Shown: one piece after another, positions 17,493-28,900 of the stretch | Layout of the letters: each line of letters starts with the position of its first letter | Position numbering within the stretch: the first letter of the stretch is position 1 | DNA from: a virus | Taxonomy: Duplodnaviria > Caudoviricetes | IMG/VR virus record: IMGVR_UViG_3300020045_004061 | Span: 1-37,249 of that record | DNA length: 37,249 bases | Direction: 5' to 3' (one strand) | The notes under the pieces: generated by a model | What the model saw: the letters and a program-made list of their open reading frames with translations, nothing else | What the model was told of the DNA's origin: nothing | The model's database searches: none | Translations under genes and position numbers: made by a program

Positions 17493-17999
17493 ATGGCAAT
17501 TATACAAACATCGGATTTCACAGGGAGCTACCAAGTTCCGCAAGACCAATATACATTGATTGACTTACAACGAGTAATCGATGAGCATGAAGAGGTTTAT
17601 CTTGCGAAAATGTTTGGTGCTGAATTATCCAATGATTTGTTGGTTTATGTTAACGGGGGATTTACTCCCGTTAACCCATTGTTTGACTTTATTTACAATC
17701 CTTTCAAGATTGATTTAAATTGTGAGTTGTTGATTTCTGAAGGTGTTAAAACTGCTTTGATTGGGTTTGTGTACTACGAATGGGTTGTGAAGAATAAAAT
17801 TAAACCTTCGCAAATCACAGGTGTTGAACGCGTAAAGATGGAAAACGCCACTAGTAATGCGATTGTTGAACCACAGGTTTATAATGCGTATAACAAAGGT
17901 GTAAAGACAACGAACGCGATTCAACGATACATTCTGAATAACCTATCTGATTACGACAAATTTAATGGTCGTAAAATGTTACTAAACTATTCGATGTAA
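17493..17999 (+). CDS. Putative head-tail connector
   Basis: Position and size; E..YL..MFG.EL, FVYYEWV. Confidence 0.6.
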   Translation: MAIIQTSDFTGSYQVPQDQYTLIDLQRVIDEHEEVYLAKMFGAELSNDLLVYVNGGFTPVNPLFDFIYNPFKIDLNCELLISEGVKTALIGFVYYEWVVKNKIKPSQITGVERVKMENATSNAIVEPQVYNAYNKGVKTTNAIQRYILNNLSDYDKFNGRKMLLNYSM

Positions 18000-18709
18000 T
18001 GCAAAAGACGGGCAGACAAATATTCAAGGGGAATATCTTTGATAAGATTGACAACCATGTAATGATTGAAGAAATCATAAGCACGGGCGATTCTTACGAG
18101 TTTCGAGTGTGTGAACCTAAATGGATGCGCATTGGTAGCACTTTCACGGATACAAACTCTTATACTTGGAATGTTACGTCAATTGATTACGACACGAAAA
18201 CGGTTATTGCAACGCGTCCAGATGTACTAGCTACATTAAAACGATTCGATGTAATACTGATTGAAATGCCTGTTTTTAAATCGGGTACTCCGATTTCAGT
18301 GAACAAAGAACACGCAATGATTTTAAATTCGGGTTTAACGGATGGGAATATTTTGATTTGGTTGTTAGAAACAATTCAAGGTGAGGACGGTTTACAAACG
18401 GAAACAACGGGTGGGAAAGTCGATTTTGTGTTTTACATTCTTTTCAAGATTGACACAATCAATACTCTGAATGAAGATAGACACAATTTAGGCATTATTC
18501 AGGCTACACAATTGCGTTATGAATTAAAACGAATAATGGACAACACGAACGGAGTTAGCAGAGATTCCCGTATTGCTTGGAAAGAATTCAATTTGTTCGG
18601 ACGTGAAACCACAGAAGGTATTGAAAGGTACATTCTCGATTCCAATTTGTCGGGTATCGAGTGCCGTGTTACGGTGAATTTTTCGACAAAATTAATTTGT
18701 AAATGCTAA
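17999..18709 (+). CDS. Putative neck / tail completion protein
   Basis: Position in the morphogenesis operon. Confidence 0.5.
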   Translation: MQKTGRQIFKGNIFDKIDNHVMIEEIISTGDSYEFRVCEPKWMRIGSTFTDTNSYTWNVTSIDYDTKTVIATRPDVLATLKRFDVILIEMPVFKSGTPISVNKEHAMILNSGLTDGNILIWLLETIQGEDGLQTETTGGKVDFVFYILFKIDTINTLNEDRHNLGIIQATQLRYELKRIMDNTNGVSRDSRIAWKEFNLFGRETTEGIERYILDSNLSGIECRVTVNFSTKLICKC

Positions 18710-18720
18710 AAAAATAAAAT

Positions 18721-19725
18721 ATGGCTACAAGTATTCAAGGTTGTTGCGCTGAAGCGTTACATTCAGTTGGTCAAGGTTGCGATTTAAACGCAATCGCATT
18801 GACTGACATTTTCACATTCTCACGTTTTAGAAATGGTTTGCGTGCTGGTTTACCAACCAATCCAGCGACAACTTCACCAAACACAATTGGAGAAGAGATT
18901 CAAGAGCAAGTAGCTCAAACATCAACAGGTTTCAACTACGTGTACCCAATTCCACGCCCTACACAAATCTTGTTTGTTCCAAGTGATGAAACGAGCAATG
19001 CAGACCCAGTAGGATTTGAGCAAGTTAACGGTGGTGGTGATATTAACATGGTTACTGTTACTTGGACAGGTGACAAAGCTACAAGCCTTTTAAAATTGAA
19101 CATCGACAGAATGTTTAAAGGTTGTGGCGATGTTGATGTGGTTTTCGGTGACGACAATGGCGCGTTGGTCGGTGTTAAAAAATTGTTGAATGACGAATTA
19201 TTATTTGGTTACCAAGTAGTTCGTTCGACTGTTAAAACAAAGTTCGAACAAGCGGGTATCGGTTCAACAGTAAACACATTGACGTTGATGTTTCAAGTTC
19301 GTAAAGAGCCGAAAAATTCATCTTACATGGCAATTATTCCAAGTGATGTACTTGGATATTCTGCTGACGAATTGGAAGCATTGCGTTTGTTCACAGGTCG
19401 TTTAGAAGTTGTTTCCGCAACTGTGTTGAATGTGCAATTTATTGGTGATGCAGCAGACGCAACCAAAAAACTGTATTTGCAAGGATTCACCGGTGCATCA
19501 CCGCAAGTGTTGACACTTCGAAATTTGACAACAGGAACAGATACAACGCTTTTAGCGGCTGCAATTGTTGAAAACGTTGTTCCAGATTCACAGGTTACAA
19601 ATACCGTTGGAACGAACTACACTGTAACAATAACAGCGCAAACAGCTTTCGATGAAATTCAATTGATTGCTTCGGGTGTTGCTGGTTACGAAACGATTGT
19701 GTCTAACATTGCAACTGCATTGTAA
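18721..19725 (+). CDS. Putative major tail protein with C-terminal beta domain
   Basis: Position, composition, downstream terminator. Confidence 0.55.
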   Translation: MATSIQGCCAEALHSVGQGCDLNAIALTDIFTFSRFRNGLRAGLPTNPATTSPNTIGEEIQEQVAQTSTGFNYVYPIPRPTQILFVPSDETSNADPVGFEQVNGGGDINMVTVTWTGDKATSLLKLNIDRMFKGCGDVDVVFGDDNGALVGVKKLLNDELLFGYQVVRSTVKTKFEQAGIGSTVNTLTLMFQVRKEPKNSSYMAIIPSDVLGYSADELEALRLFTGRLEVVSATVLNVQFIGDAADATKKLYLQGFTGASPQVLTLRNLTTGTDTTLLAAAIVENVVPDSQVTNTVGTNYTVTITAQTAFDEIQLIASGVAGYETIVSNIATAL

Positions 19726-19916
19726 TGGAAACAATCAAGGTAGACGGGGAAACGTTTAACGCTGATTACTTTCGTAAGGTAACGGATAAACAAGCGGTCA
19801 AAGCATTGCAAGGCAGCTATGAATATTCGACCATTATGAAAGCATGGAAGGTGGCAAATGGATTCTCTGTTCCGAACGAGAAGAAAACGAAAAAAAGTAA
19901 CGATTCGGAAAATTAA
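19725..19916 (+). CDS. Small hypothetical protein
   Basis: TAATG-coupled. Confidence 0.6.
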   Translation: METIKVDGETFNADYFRKVTDKQAVKALQGSYEYSTIMKAWKVANGFSVPNEKKTKKSNDSEN

Positions 19917-19939
19917 TCGTAAATTTGATTCATTAATGG

Positions 19940-19968
19940 AAAGGCAGCGTATATCGTTGCCTTTTTTT
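19940..19968 (+). terminator. Intrinsic terminator
   Basis: AAAGGCAGCG/CGTTGCCTTT stem followed by a T-run. Confidence 0.75.
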
Positions 19969-19979
19969 GTTTAAAGATT

Positions 19980-20444
19980 ATGTACTTGGATTGGTCGGAT
20001 ATTCTAGATTTATGCACACGTGGTTTGTCAATCACAGAATCGGGTGCGTGGACTTATTCTATATCAAAGCGCGAAATCCAAGCTGAAATAATTCGATTGA
20101 ACCAAGAACAACTTTATGAAGAGGGAATCGACAGTAATAACGCAAGCCTTGGAAGTTACCGACCATTCACAATCGAAAAGAAACTTTCCAAAGGGCGCGG
20201 TAAAGGAAGGCGCGTTGACCATGTTACGCTTTACGATGAGGGCGATTTTTACGCGTCGATGCGTGTTATTTACGATTCAGATTCATTCGAGGTTACAGCG
20301 GACGATTCAAGTAAATATGACAGACCATTATTTGAGATTTACGGGGAAAACGTGGTTGGACTAACTAAATTCAATATCGAACGGATTCAATTATTTATTA
20401 TGAAATATTATATCGAGTATGTTAATAAGACACTATTACGTTAG
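19980..20444 (+). CDS. Putative virion morphogenesis / neck protein
   Basis: N.EQLY..GID...Y...T...K...VTLYDEGDFY.S. Confidence 0.6.
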   Translation: MYLDWSDILDLCTRGLSITESGAWTYSISKREIQAEIIRLNQEQLYEEGIDSNNASLGSYRPFTIEKKLSKGRGKGRRVDHVTLYDEGDFYASMRVIYDSDSFEVTADDSSKYDRPLFEIYGENVVGLTKFNIERIQLFIMKYYIEYVNKTLLR

Positions 20445-20943
20445 TATTGACGAATTAATGCTACACAACTGGCAACAATGCCAAAGTGGTGAATTGCGCT
20501 ATTTGCGTAGAGATATGACGCACATAGTAAATGAAAAGCGTTCTTTATTGCGTAGGATTTTCACAACGTCTAAAAACGAGATTTACACCGATGAAAACGA
20601 TTTGTTAGCATGGGAAGAAATTCAAAAAGATTTCATTGCGCGGTTGGGTATGCCACAACATACGAAAGAATTTGCAACTGTAATAGCAAAACACACAAAA
20701 GCGATTTATAAGTACTTGCGAGCGGATGACGAGCACCCACAGAAACGGTTTTTCTTGAATGATGTATCGCATTGGAAAAACGAAATAGACCGACTTTTAA
20801 AGACCGATACCAACACACCAAAGAACACGGTGGAAGAAACACTTTTAACGCTTTCAAAGGCTGAAGGACGGCAATTAACAACGCGAAACACAACAGTACT
20901 TGAATTTCATTTACTAATAAACAGATACTCGAAAAATGGCTAA
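20419..20943 (+). CDS. Putative tail assembly chaperone
   Basis: YY.SIDEL.LHNW, TTVLEF; directly before the tape measure gene. Confidence 0.55.
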   Translation: MLIRHYYVSIDELMLHNWQQCQSGELRYLRRDMTHIVNEKRSLLRRIFTTSKNEIYTDENDLLAWEEIQKDFIARLGMPQHTKEFATVIAKHTKAIYKYLRADDEHPQKRFFLNDVSHWKNEIDRLLKTDTNTPKNTVEETLLTLSKAEGRQLTTRNTTVLEFHLLINRYSKNG

Positions 20944-23938
20944 ACAGAAACTTTGGGAGGGCGAAAAATCCCCGATAGCGCAATTGAACGAAGATGCGAA
21001 AGCGTTACAAACTTCGATAAATGCGAATATTGCATTGATGGAAAAATTGAAAGCAGTTAACGCTTCGATTCAAGCCGATGCGAAAAATGCCACTATTGGT
21101 GGTAAGGTTGACAAAAACTCGTTAGACAGCCTAAAACAATTAAACAGCGAGCATACAAAAGCCGTCGATTTATACAGGCGTGAACAATTAGCAAAACGCG
21201 CATTAGAACAAACAGAAAAGGAATTGGAAAGACAAAGACTTTCTGAAATTCGATTGATGCAAGCGAGGGAAAAAGCATTTGATAATTATGAGCGTAAACT
21301 TGCTAAAGAAGAAGCGACACAGACGCGTTTGAGTAGTATTTATTCAAAGGTTGACCAGAAACTTGCTGCTTTGGTTCGTGAGTATCGAGATTTAGCGGTT
21401 CGTAAGGAGTTGAATATAAAATTGACTGATTCCGAAGCCAAACGAATGGATTTTTTAGCAACGAAAATTCAACGATATGATTCTGCATTAAAAGCAACGG
21501 ACGCAAATAGTGGTAAGTTTCAGAGAAACGTCGGTAACTACGCAAGTGGATTTAATGGACTTGGAAACTCGGTCAACCAATTAACGCGAGAATTACCAGC
21601 CTTTGCAAATAGTATGCAAACGGGATTTATGGCTATTTCCAACAACTTACCTATTTTCTTTGACCAAATTGCACAATTAAAGAAAGCAAATATTGAATTA
21701 GTAAAAAGCGGTCAAGCTCCACAAAGTATATTTAAGCAACTTGGAGGGGCTGTTTTTTCCGTTTCTTCATTACTTTCAATTGGTGTAACGCTACTTACTG
21801 TTTATGGTGCTAAATTGGTTGAGTGGGCTGCGAGTGCTTTTGGTGCTTCAGAGGAAGAAAAGAAGCTACAAGAACAAATGAAGAAAAGCAACCTTGAAAA
21901 AAAATGGGCGAACGAAGAAAGTCAACGACATGCTGAATTTATAGGTCGAGAATCTGGTGAAATGGTTAGCTATTTAATGCAATTAAGCCTAACAAACCAA
22001 GGGAGTAAAGAGCGTTCAAGATTGATTAGTGAGATTAACGATAAATACGGTACAACGCTAAAAAACATGGTGGATGAGGCTAATTTTCAAGCACAAATTA
22101 ACCATGAAATTGACAAGTATATAAAATATCAAACATTGCGTTATCAAGTCGATAAAAACCAAGGTTTAATGAATAAAAACCTTGAAACACAAGATAAGGC
22201 GCAACGTGAGATAAACAAAATAATGAAGGAGTATAACGAATACCTTCGTGAAGCTGAATTAAATAGAAAATCAAATCCTAATTTTTACAAAGACGAGATT
22301 AAAAGTTTGGCAGATTATCGAGAATCTTTTAATGATTTCGATTTAGCATTATCAAAACAAGAATCTATCATAATGGATGCGCAACAACGTCAAAGAGGTT
22401 ATGCAACAAACTTGTTTTACACTAATTCAGAATTGACAAAATACAGCTATAAAACGAATGAATCAACTAAAAGAACAAAAGACCATTCAGACAGTATAAA
22501 AGAGTTGAATTTAAACTTAAAAGAATACAACGACCAACTTGAAAGGCGTTTATCATTAGGCGAGAAAGAGCGTCAATTACTCGAAGAAATAGCGCAAATT
22601 GACGAATCTGAAAGGCTGAAAAAAGTATCAAAACTCGCTGAAGCTGAATTTCAAGAACAATTAAAATATGCGCAAGAAACAGGTCAAGTATTTATTGATA
22701 CAGCTGAAAAACTAGTAGATGAAGAATTTGAGCTTAGAAGACAGGCATTGATTAAGCGTTCAGAATTTGAGAAATCAGAAGCGTTGAAAAGAGTTGATGA
22801 AACACGAGTTTTAGAATATGAACGATTAACAAAAGAACGCGACGAACTATTAAAGCAAGAAGGATTGACTGAAAATGGTCGTTTAGCCATTCGTTCGTCA
22901 TATGAACAACGTTTACAGGAATTACACATTAGAATGTTAGAAGATGAACGTTTGGTTGCATTGGAGCGCGAAAAAATTGAGCTTGAATTACAAGCAAGTA
23001 TTGGTGATTTGAACCAAGAAAAAGCAGACCGTTTAAATAGTATTAACGACCAGATTTACGAAGCACAAAAAACGTATTCCGACAAATACAATAAAGACGT
23101 TCAAGACGCAAATAAAAAGATTCAAGATAGCAACAAGAAAACAACCGACGATGAATTAAGGAACCAAAAGCAAATAGCTGATTTCAGAAAGAAGTCAATT
23201 GAGGAATTAATACAGTTTCAAATTGATAAATCGAAATCGGTTCAAGATTCAATCGACAAAGAAATTTCCGCAAATCAGAAACTACAAGACCAATTGAAAG
23301 AACAGGCGAACGCTGGAGTTGATACGGCGCAACAATCTTTGGCAACGTTGAAAGAATCGGAAATTGAAGCGACGAAAGCGAAACAAAAAGAAGCGGAAAA
23401 ACAGCAAGCACTTGAAAAGATAAAGGTTGCTTATTCGCTATTTGAACAATTCATTTCGAAGGGTGATAACGTAGCAACGGCAACGGCAAAAACAACCGCC
23501 AGCATGAGCGTAATCGATACTATTATAAACAGCTTCAAAAAGTTTTACCACGGTACGGACGATACAGGAACGGGCGGAATGTTAAGAGACCAATACGGTG
23601 CAATTACGGGAGTTACCCACGAAAATGAAACGGTGCTTTCTAAAAAGGATAAAGCGGAATTGGGTTTTGTAAGTCGTAAAGACTTGAAAGAAAAAGTACA
23701 AATTGCAAACACCGTTCTTTACCAAAAACAGTTGGAAGTTGACACTTCACGAATTGGTTTCGCTCAAAACGTTGCCTTTTCATTGAATCCTTTGGCGGGC
23801 AAATTGGATAAATTGATTTCTATAATGGAAAACCAACCAAGCCAAACGATAAGCGAGGAAGTGGTTGACGGCATCGGACGCGCGGTGGTTGCGACTTACA
23901 GTAAAGGAAATGATAAACTAACTAAAATTTACAATTAA
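20936..23938 (+). CDS. Tail tape measure protein
   Basis: 1000 aa helical; G.FQRNVGNYAS, QLTRELPAFA..TGFMAISNNLPI. Confidence 0.88.
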   Translation: MAKQKLWEGEKSPIAQLNEDAKALQTSINANIALMEKLKAVNASIQADAKNATIGGKVDKNSLDSLKQLNSEHTKAVDLYRREQLAKRALEQTEKELERQRLSEIRLMQAREKAFDNYERKLAKEEATQTRLSSIYSKVDQKLAALVREYRDLAVRKELNIKLTDSEAKRMDFLATKIQRYDSALKATDANSGKFQRNVGNYASGFNGLGNSVNQLTRELPAFANSMQTGFMAISNNLPIFFDQIAQLKKANIELVKSGQAPQSIFKQLGGAVFSVSSLLSIGVTLLTVYGAKLVEWAASAFGASEEEKKLQEQMKKSNLEKKWANEESQRHAEFIGRESGEMVSYLMQLSLTNQGSKERSRLISEINDKYGTTLKNMVDEANFQAQINHEIDKYIKYQTLRYQVDKNQGLMNKNLETQDKAQREINKIMKEYNEYLREAELNRKSNPNFYKDEIKSLADYRESFNDFDLALSKQESIIMDAQQRQRGYATNLFYTNSELTKYSYKTNESTKRTKDHSDSIKELNLNLKEYNDQLERRLSLGEKERQLLEEIAQIDESERLKKVSKLAEAEFQEQLKYAQETGQVFIDTAEKLVDEEFELRRQALIKRSEFEKSEALKRVDETRVLEYERLTKERDELLKQEGLTENGRLAIRSSYEQRLQELHIRMLEDERLVALEREKIELELQASIGDLNQEKADRLNSINDQIYEAQKTYSDKYNKDVQDANKKIQDSNKKTTDDELRNQKQIADFRKKSIEELIQFQIDKSKSVQDSIDKEISANQKLQDQLKEQANAGVDTAQQSLATLKESEIEATKAKQKEAEKQQALEKIKVAYSLFEQFISKGDNVATATAKTTASMSVIDTIINSFKKFYHGTDDTGTGGMLRDQYGAITGVTHENETVLSKKDKAELGFVSRKDLKEKVQIANTVLYQKQLEVDTSRIGFAQNVAFSLNPLAGKLDKLISIMENQPSQTISEEVVDGIGRAVVATYSKGNDKLTKIYN

Positions 23939-25653
23939 TGAACATAGTCGGAGGTTTAAGTGATACACCGTTGAATCCCGTTGGATGGGAGGATTTCGGA
24001 TTGGTTCGTGAATTTGAGGTGCAAGGACAGCGATTAACTGTTACGAATGGTTCATTGAAATTGGCAAATGAAGACCGTGAACTTTTATTTAATTGGTATT
24101 ACAATCAATTTGGTCGATTTATCAACTATCCAATTACCGTTACGTCTTCCAACGGATTTAATCAACGCTATTTTCTGGACTTAAAAACAGGTAAGTTTTC
24201 GGATTCAGATTTTGAAGCGGATTTGGTTGTTCGTCAAGGAAACGATAATTTCTTTGATCGCTCCAAAGGATTGACCTTTGAGGAAATCTACAAGAAAGGA
24301 TTTTTACCAGATTCTTTGTTTGTTGATTGCCCCTTTCAAGTTGTTCAGCAATACACAACACTTGAAAAGATAGTGTTGCTAGCTACGTTATTGAGCCTTT
24401 CGCAGACGCTTATCAACATAACTAAAGAAGCGATTTATTTAGTGAATGAAGCTGCCAACCCGACAAACGTAGCAGCGTTGATTTTAAAGGCTATTACATT
24501 CGCTATTTGGTTAACAGCCACAATCGTTCTATTGATTACGATTCTACAACAAATCAAAGCGTTAGTTTATCCAAAAGTTCGGAATTTCAAAATGTGTTCA
24601 GATTACGACCTAATCAAAGCGGGGTGTGATTACCTTGGATTCACTTTGAGTTCGACGTACCTATTCGCGTTAAAAGATTCGTATTTTACGCTTCCCGTTC
24701 CAAAAGCAAAGGTGAATAAAAGTATCTTTGATTTCACACAGGATGAACTTACAAACGTTTTCCATAATCAAGGTTATCCGACTTCCTTAGATGGTTCTAT
24801 TGCTACGCATTTCGGGTTAATTGACGATTGGTTAAGATTGCATAATCTGGAAATATTCGTAAAGGATGGAGTGGTGCAAATTGAACAACCTACTTTTTTT
24901 GATTCAACGCCTTTACTAACTATTCCCGTTGCATTTTCAGACCAAGAAAACAGCGAAAAGGTTTGGACTTATAACAACGAGTTGCGCGATGTTTGGAGAA
25001 GAAAATACCTAACATACGCAGTTGATTATGTTGATAGCCATTCGCCAGATATTGACGGAAGTGTGCGAACGGAATACATAACCGAACCAATTACAATTCC
25101 AACAGGATGCAATGATTTGGTAGGACATGAGGGATTTTACGAGGTTCAAGGTGCGCACGCATTGTTAAAGCGAAAAAATAAGTTATTACCCGCTGAAAAG
25201 TTATTGTTTGAAATCGCATCAAAAGTTAACCAGATAACCGCGATTTTTGGAGGTGGCTCAAACCTTGCGAGTGGTATTTTAGACCGTCAAGGAATAGGCA
25301 TGATAGGTTCGCAATGGTTTAGTGTTCCAAAGCGCGTTTATGCGAATAGACAAAACGGAAAACAGCCTTTCAATTATTTATCGGTGCTTTCAATGGACAA
25401 TTTGTACGTTAACAACCATGCGCAATACGATGTGATTAACCAAAACGCACGACGATTCGCGTCTACCATTCCATTATCGCCAAATGACTTTGATATTCTA
25501 CAAGTCAACAACCGCGTTTTCTTGGAAACGGGCGAACTTGCAAAGGTAATGAGTTGCAAATACACCGAATCGGAAAGCCAAAGAACGGCAGAAATGATAC
25601 TACAAATTGCAGACGGTAGCGCGTTTAACACAAAAACAACTAAATTAGCATAA
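23938..25653 (+). CDS. Tail tip / baseplate hub protein
   Basis: Follows the tape measure gene; internal hydrophobic segment. Confidence 0.6.
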   Translation: MNIVGGLSDTPLNPVGWEDFGLVREFEVQGQRLTVTNGSLKLANEDRELLFNWYYNQFGRFINYPITVTSSNGFNQRYFLDLKTGKFSDSDFEADLVVRQGNDNFFDRSKGLTFEEIYKKGFLPDSLFVDCPFQVVQQYTTLEKIVLLATLLSLSQTLINITKEAIYLVNEAANPTNVAALILKAITFAIWLTATIVLLITILQQIKALVYPKVRNFKMCSDYDLIKAGCDYLGFTLSSTYLFALKDSYFTLPVPKAKVNKSIFDFTQDELTNVFHNQGYPTSLDGSIATHFGLIDDWLRLHNLEIFVKDGVVQIEQPTFFDSTPLLTIPVAFSDQENSEKVWTYNNELRDVWRRKYLTYAVDYVDSHSPDIDGSVRTEYITEPITIPTGCNDLVGHEGFYEVQGAHALLKRKNKLLPAEKLLFEIASKVNQITAIFGGGSNLASGILDRQGIGMIGSQWFSVPKRVYANRQNGKQPFNYLSVLSMDNLYVNNHAQYDVINQNARRFASTIPLSPNDFDILQVNNRVFLETGELAKVMSCKYTESESQRTAEMILQIADGSAFNTKTTKLA

Positions 25654-25904
25654 TGGATTTACAACAATCAATAAATGACTTGAATGGAATGATAACGAAG
25701 TTACTTCCAGAATCGGGATTAAACACCGAACAGCGTATGCAAATTTCAAGTATAATGAATGGAACAGCAAAGGCAACAACCATTTTAAAAGGCGTTGATT
25801 TGACCGATTCAAACCTTACAAGCCAACTAAAAGAGGTTACAGAAATGCAAGCAAAACACGAAGAAATGTATAATAATTTGAAGGATGGGATTAGTCGTAG
25901 TTAA
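25653..25904 (+). CDS. Hypothetical protein
   Basis: Coupled ORF. Confidence 0.6.
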   Translation: MDLQQSINDLNGMITKLLPESGLNTEQRMQISSIMNGTAKATTILKGVDLTDSNLTSQLKEVTEMQAKHEEMYNNLKDGISRS

Positions 25905-28900
25905 TAGAGAATGGGAGGATGAACAAGGGCGTGTTCTGAATCAATATATCGCGAATGTATTGGATTCAAGATTCGCTAGAATAACCGTTCAAACTGATTA
26001 TACCGTAAATATTGCGGGTGGCGTAACTCTTACCAAAACAGATAATTTCTTTGAACTTCCAATCGGTCAATCGTGGGAAAGTTACGGAATTATTGAGGGA
26101 TGCACCGTTTCGGGTACATTTGGAGGTAATACGGTTGTATTAGGTACAACGGTAACGCACGTTGAAAATAATTTCATGGTGCTTTCTGTAAATCAAACGG
26201 GTGCGAATGGAATTTATACAAGTGGTGCGATTTCATTTGATATTGTTCCAGAATCTTTTGAGTTGTTTACAAACTACGTTTTATCTTCGAGCAATCCGGG
26301 CGATGAATTTTCACTAATCGACGGAAACCCGAACCGGTTCGTTGCAGATGGAATTTCAGCATTGACAGTTGGTGGCGCGTCAATTGCTTTTAGTCAACTT
26401 GGAAACCAAAGCGGTGGGTTTAATGTGTTCCCGACGATTCAACGCGTTGCCGATGTAAATGGACATAGAAATTACCAAATAAATATCCCGAATGATAGAC
26501 TTCCTTTATACCTTAACTCGGAATTATTTGAGTTTGGCGATTGCTTAAAGCCGTGGTATCGTTTTTCGGCTATTTCACAAACAGCAAATCCAAGCGTTAG
26601 AATTAGTACTGTAAGCACTTTTTCACTCGGAAACACAGGATTTTTTAATGAAGTTTTCAACGGTGGAGTTCCCGACTATTCGGTAACAAGCGCGGTGTTT
26701 AAAATTGGTGGCGTTGCAGTTGATACGTTCGACCATAACCAGCCTACTGATTTTGAAATTCGAGTTGATGGTGTTTTCGATGCAAGTTCAAAGTTTGGTA
26801 TTGCATTTTTCAGACAAGCGAGCGACGAAGAAACGCAAAACGTTCCAAATGCTATTAATTTCAATACTTCGCTTTCAATAGGTGATAATTTAAGCGTTGG
26901 AACGCCAGCAGATATTATAGGGTTTTTGAATCCAAACGGTGCAAAAGTTGATATTACCGACATTGAAATAACCGAGTTTGGAACTTATGCAACGATAAAA
27001 GGTACGTTAACTCCAAATGGCGCGTATTCATCGTATATCAATGGTAACGATGTATCACGCTTATTCAGACTTGCGGTTAAGTTAGAAGACTATACGCTTT
27101 CTGGCAACTTAATTCGCCCCGTTTGGCTTTCTGTTTTTTACGAAGATTCAGCAAAGTATTTCCCGCCACTTGGACCATGGTTGGACGCGTTTGGTTTTAC
27201 TTTATTTGACCATGACAACGAATCAATACCTTATGTTCTTGGAACGGTTGGCGGTATTCCTGCGCAATTAGTACCGAAAAACTTATTCACAGAAGATAAC
27301 GCAAATCTTCAGTTTAAACTTCGTATTCCACGACCAACACAACAGGAAATCGATGAGCGATTTTTCACAGGTATAACGCTAAATGTAATCGTTCGTAAAT
27401 TCGACGGTACAAGCTTCGTGTTAGAAAGCTACGATTCAAATTTTGGCGCAATACTAACGGGTGATGATACCATGGTAGTCGATTCATTCCAAGCGCGTGG
27501 ATTCAAATTGCCACCTACTAGCGTAAACAACGAAATAAGAGTTTCCCGTGCGTCTGCAATTGATACAGGTACGCACTTTGGTATTCAAGTAGATTATGGA
27601 TTTCTTGTAAATTGGCAATATTGGTTAGCACAAACAAATGCCGACATTGTGTTTTTCCCGAATCAAAATAAAGATTGGTATCACTACCAAAATGAAGATG
27701 GTGCGCAATGGGGTGTATGGGTTGAATTTTTGTTACATACAAGCGATGGTGACTATGAAAACAAAGCAAATATTAACCATTACGATTATGATACATTCGC
27801 GGGCGTTGCTGGTGGTACTTCGGTAATATCTTACCATTTAGTCGATGGAACGCCGATAACAATGCCACTAGCTGACCAAGTTACCATGGTACGCGCAACA
27901 CACACCGCACCAAGTGGATTCATAATGGATGCTTTGCGCACATGGGGTGAAATCACAGTCGAACCAAAAGAAAACGCGCCACGTTGGTTAACTTCGAGTG
28001 TTTACGACAATGGAAGCGTTACAGGTAATCCGTTCCAACCGCTTGCGGGGCAAACAAAATGTAAATTAACGATTGCGGGTTCGGTTGCAATACTTGAAAC
28101 GCTTATCGACCCAACAGTATTAAACCTTTCAAATGGTCTTAAATTCACTTCGGAGATCAGTAGCGAGGTGCGAAAAGGTTCAGATATTGAACGATTTAAA
28201 AACCGAACAAAGGACGAAACCGACACTGTTAAAACACCAAAAACGTTTGAAAGTGATGACCGTGCAGAGTTCGATTGTTGCGAAAAACGTAAGGTTATTG
28301 GAGATTTAACAAGCACCGAACCCAAGAAGAACGATGTTACAGGACATTGGATGGCGGGCGAATCGGTTACTTTTAAACTATTCGACCATGACGGAGATAC
28401 GGGATATGTTATCGATTCATTACCATTCGCTCAACAGGCAAATATGTGGTATTGTCAGTTGAATTGGCGTGAAATACTTGGGCTTTATGGTTCGGGCTGT
28501 TACCGATTAGTAACGGAAGTTGACTACGCTGGATTAACGGAAACTTTGACAATAGAAAACTATCAGTTGCTACCTTATTCAATTGAATCAACGGTTAATG
28601 ATGTGCGCGTAACGAGTGTGTATAACGCTTATGACCTTAAAAACGGGGTGATTTTCAACGGTACGAATGTTATCGATTCGATTCGTGTTGATGGACAATT
28701 TAACTATTCACAACCAAATTTGAATGTTCGTAATTACACAAAAACAAGTTTTGAGCAAAACAAGATAACGCGCCAACAACGAGAAACCTTTGAACTTCGA
28801 ACGGGTCAGTTGACGGATAAATTTGTGAAGTTGTTGAAATACGCTTTGCAGCATGAAAACTATCTATTGATTACAGACTATTGTTTAATTAATCCACGTT

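Noticed and set aside
19880-19916. Tail-chaperone -1 frameshift at the A-run
   Set aside because: A terminator follows and I saw no convincing extension
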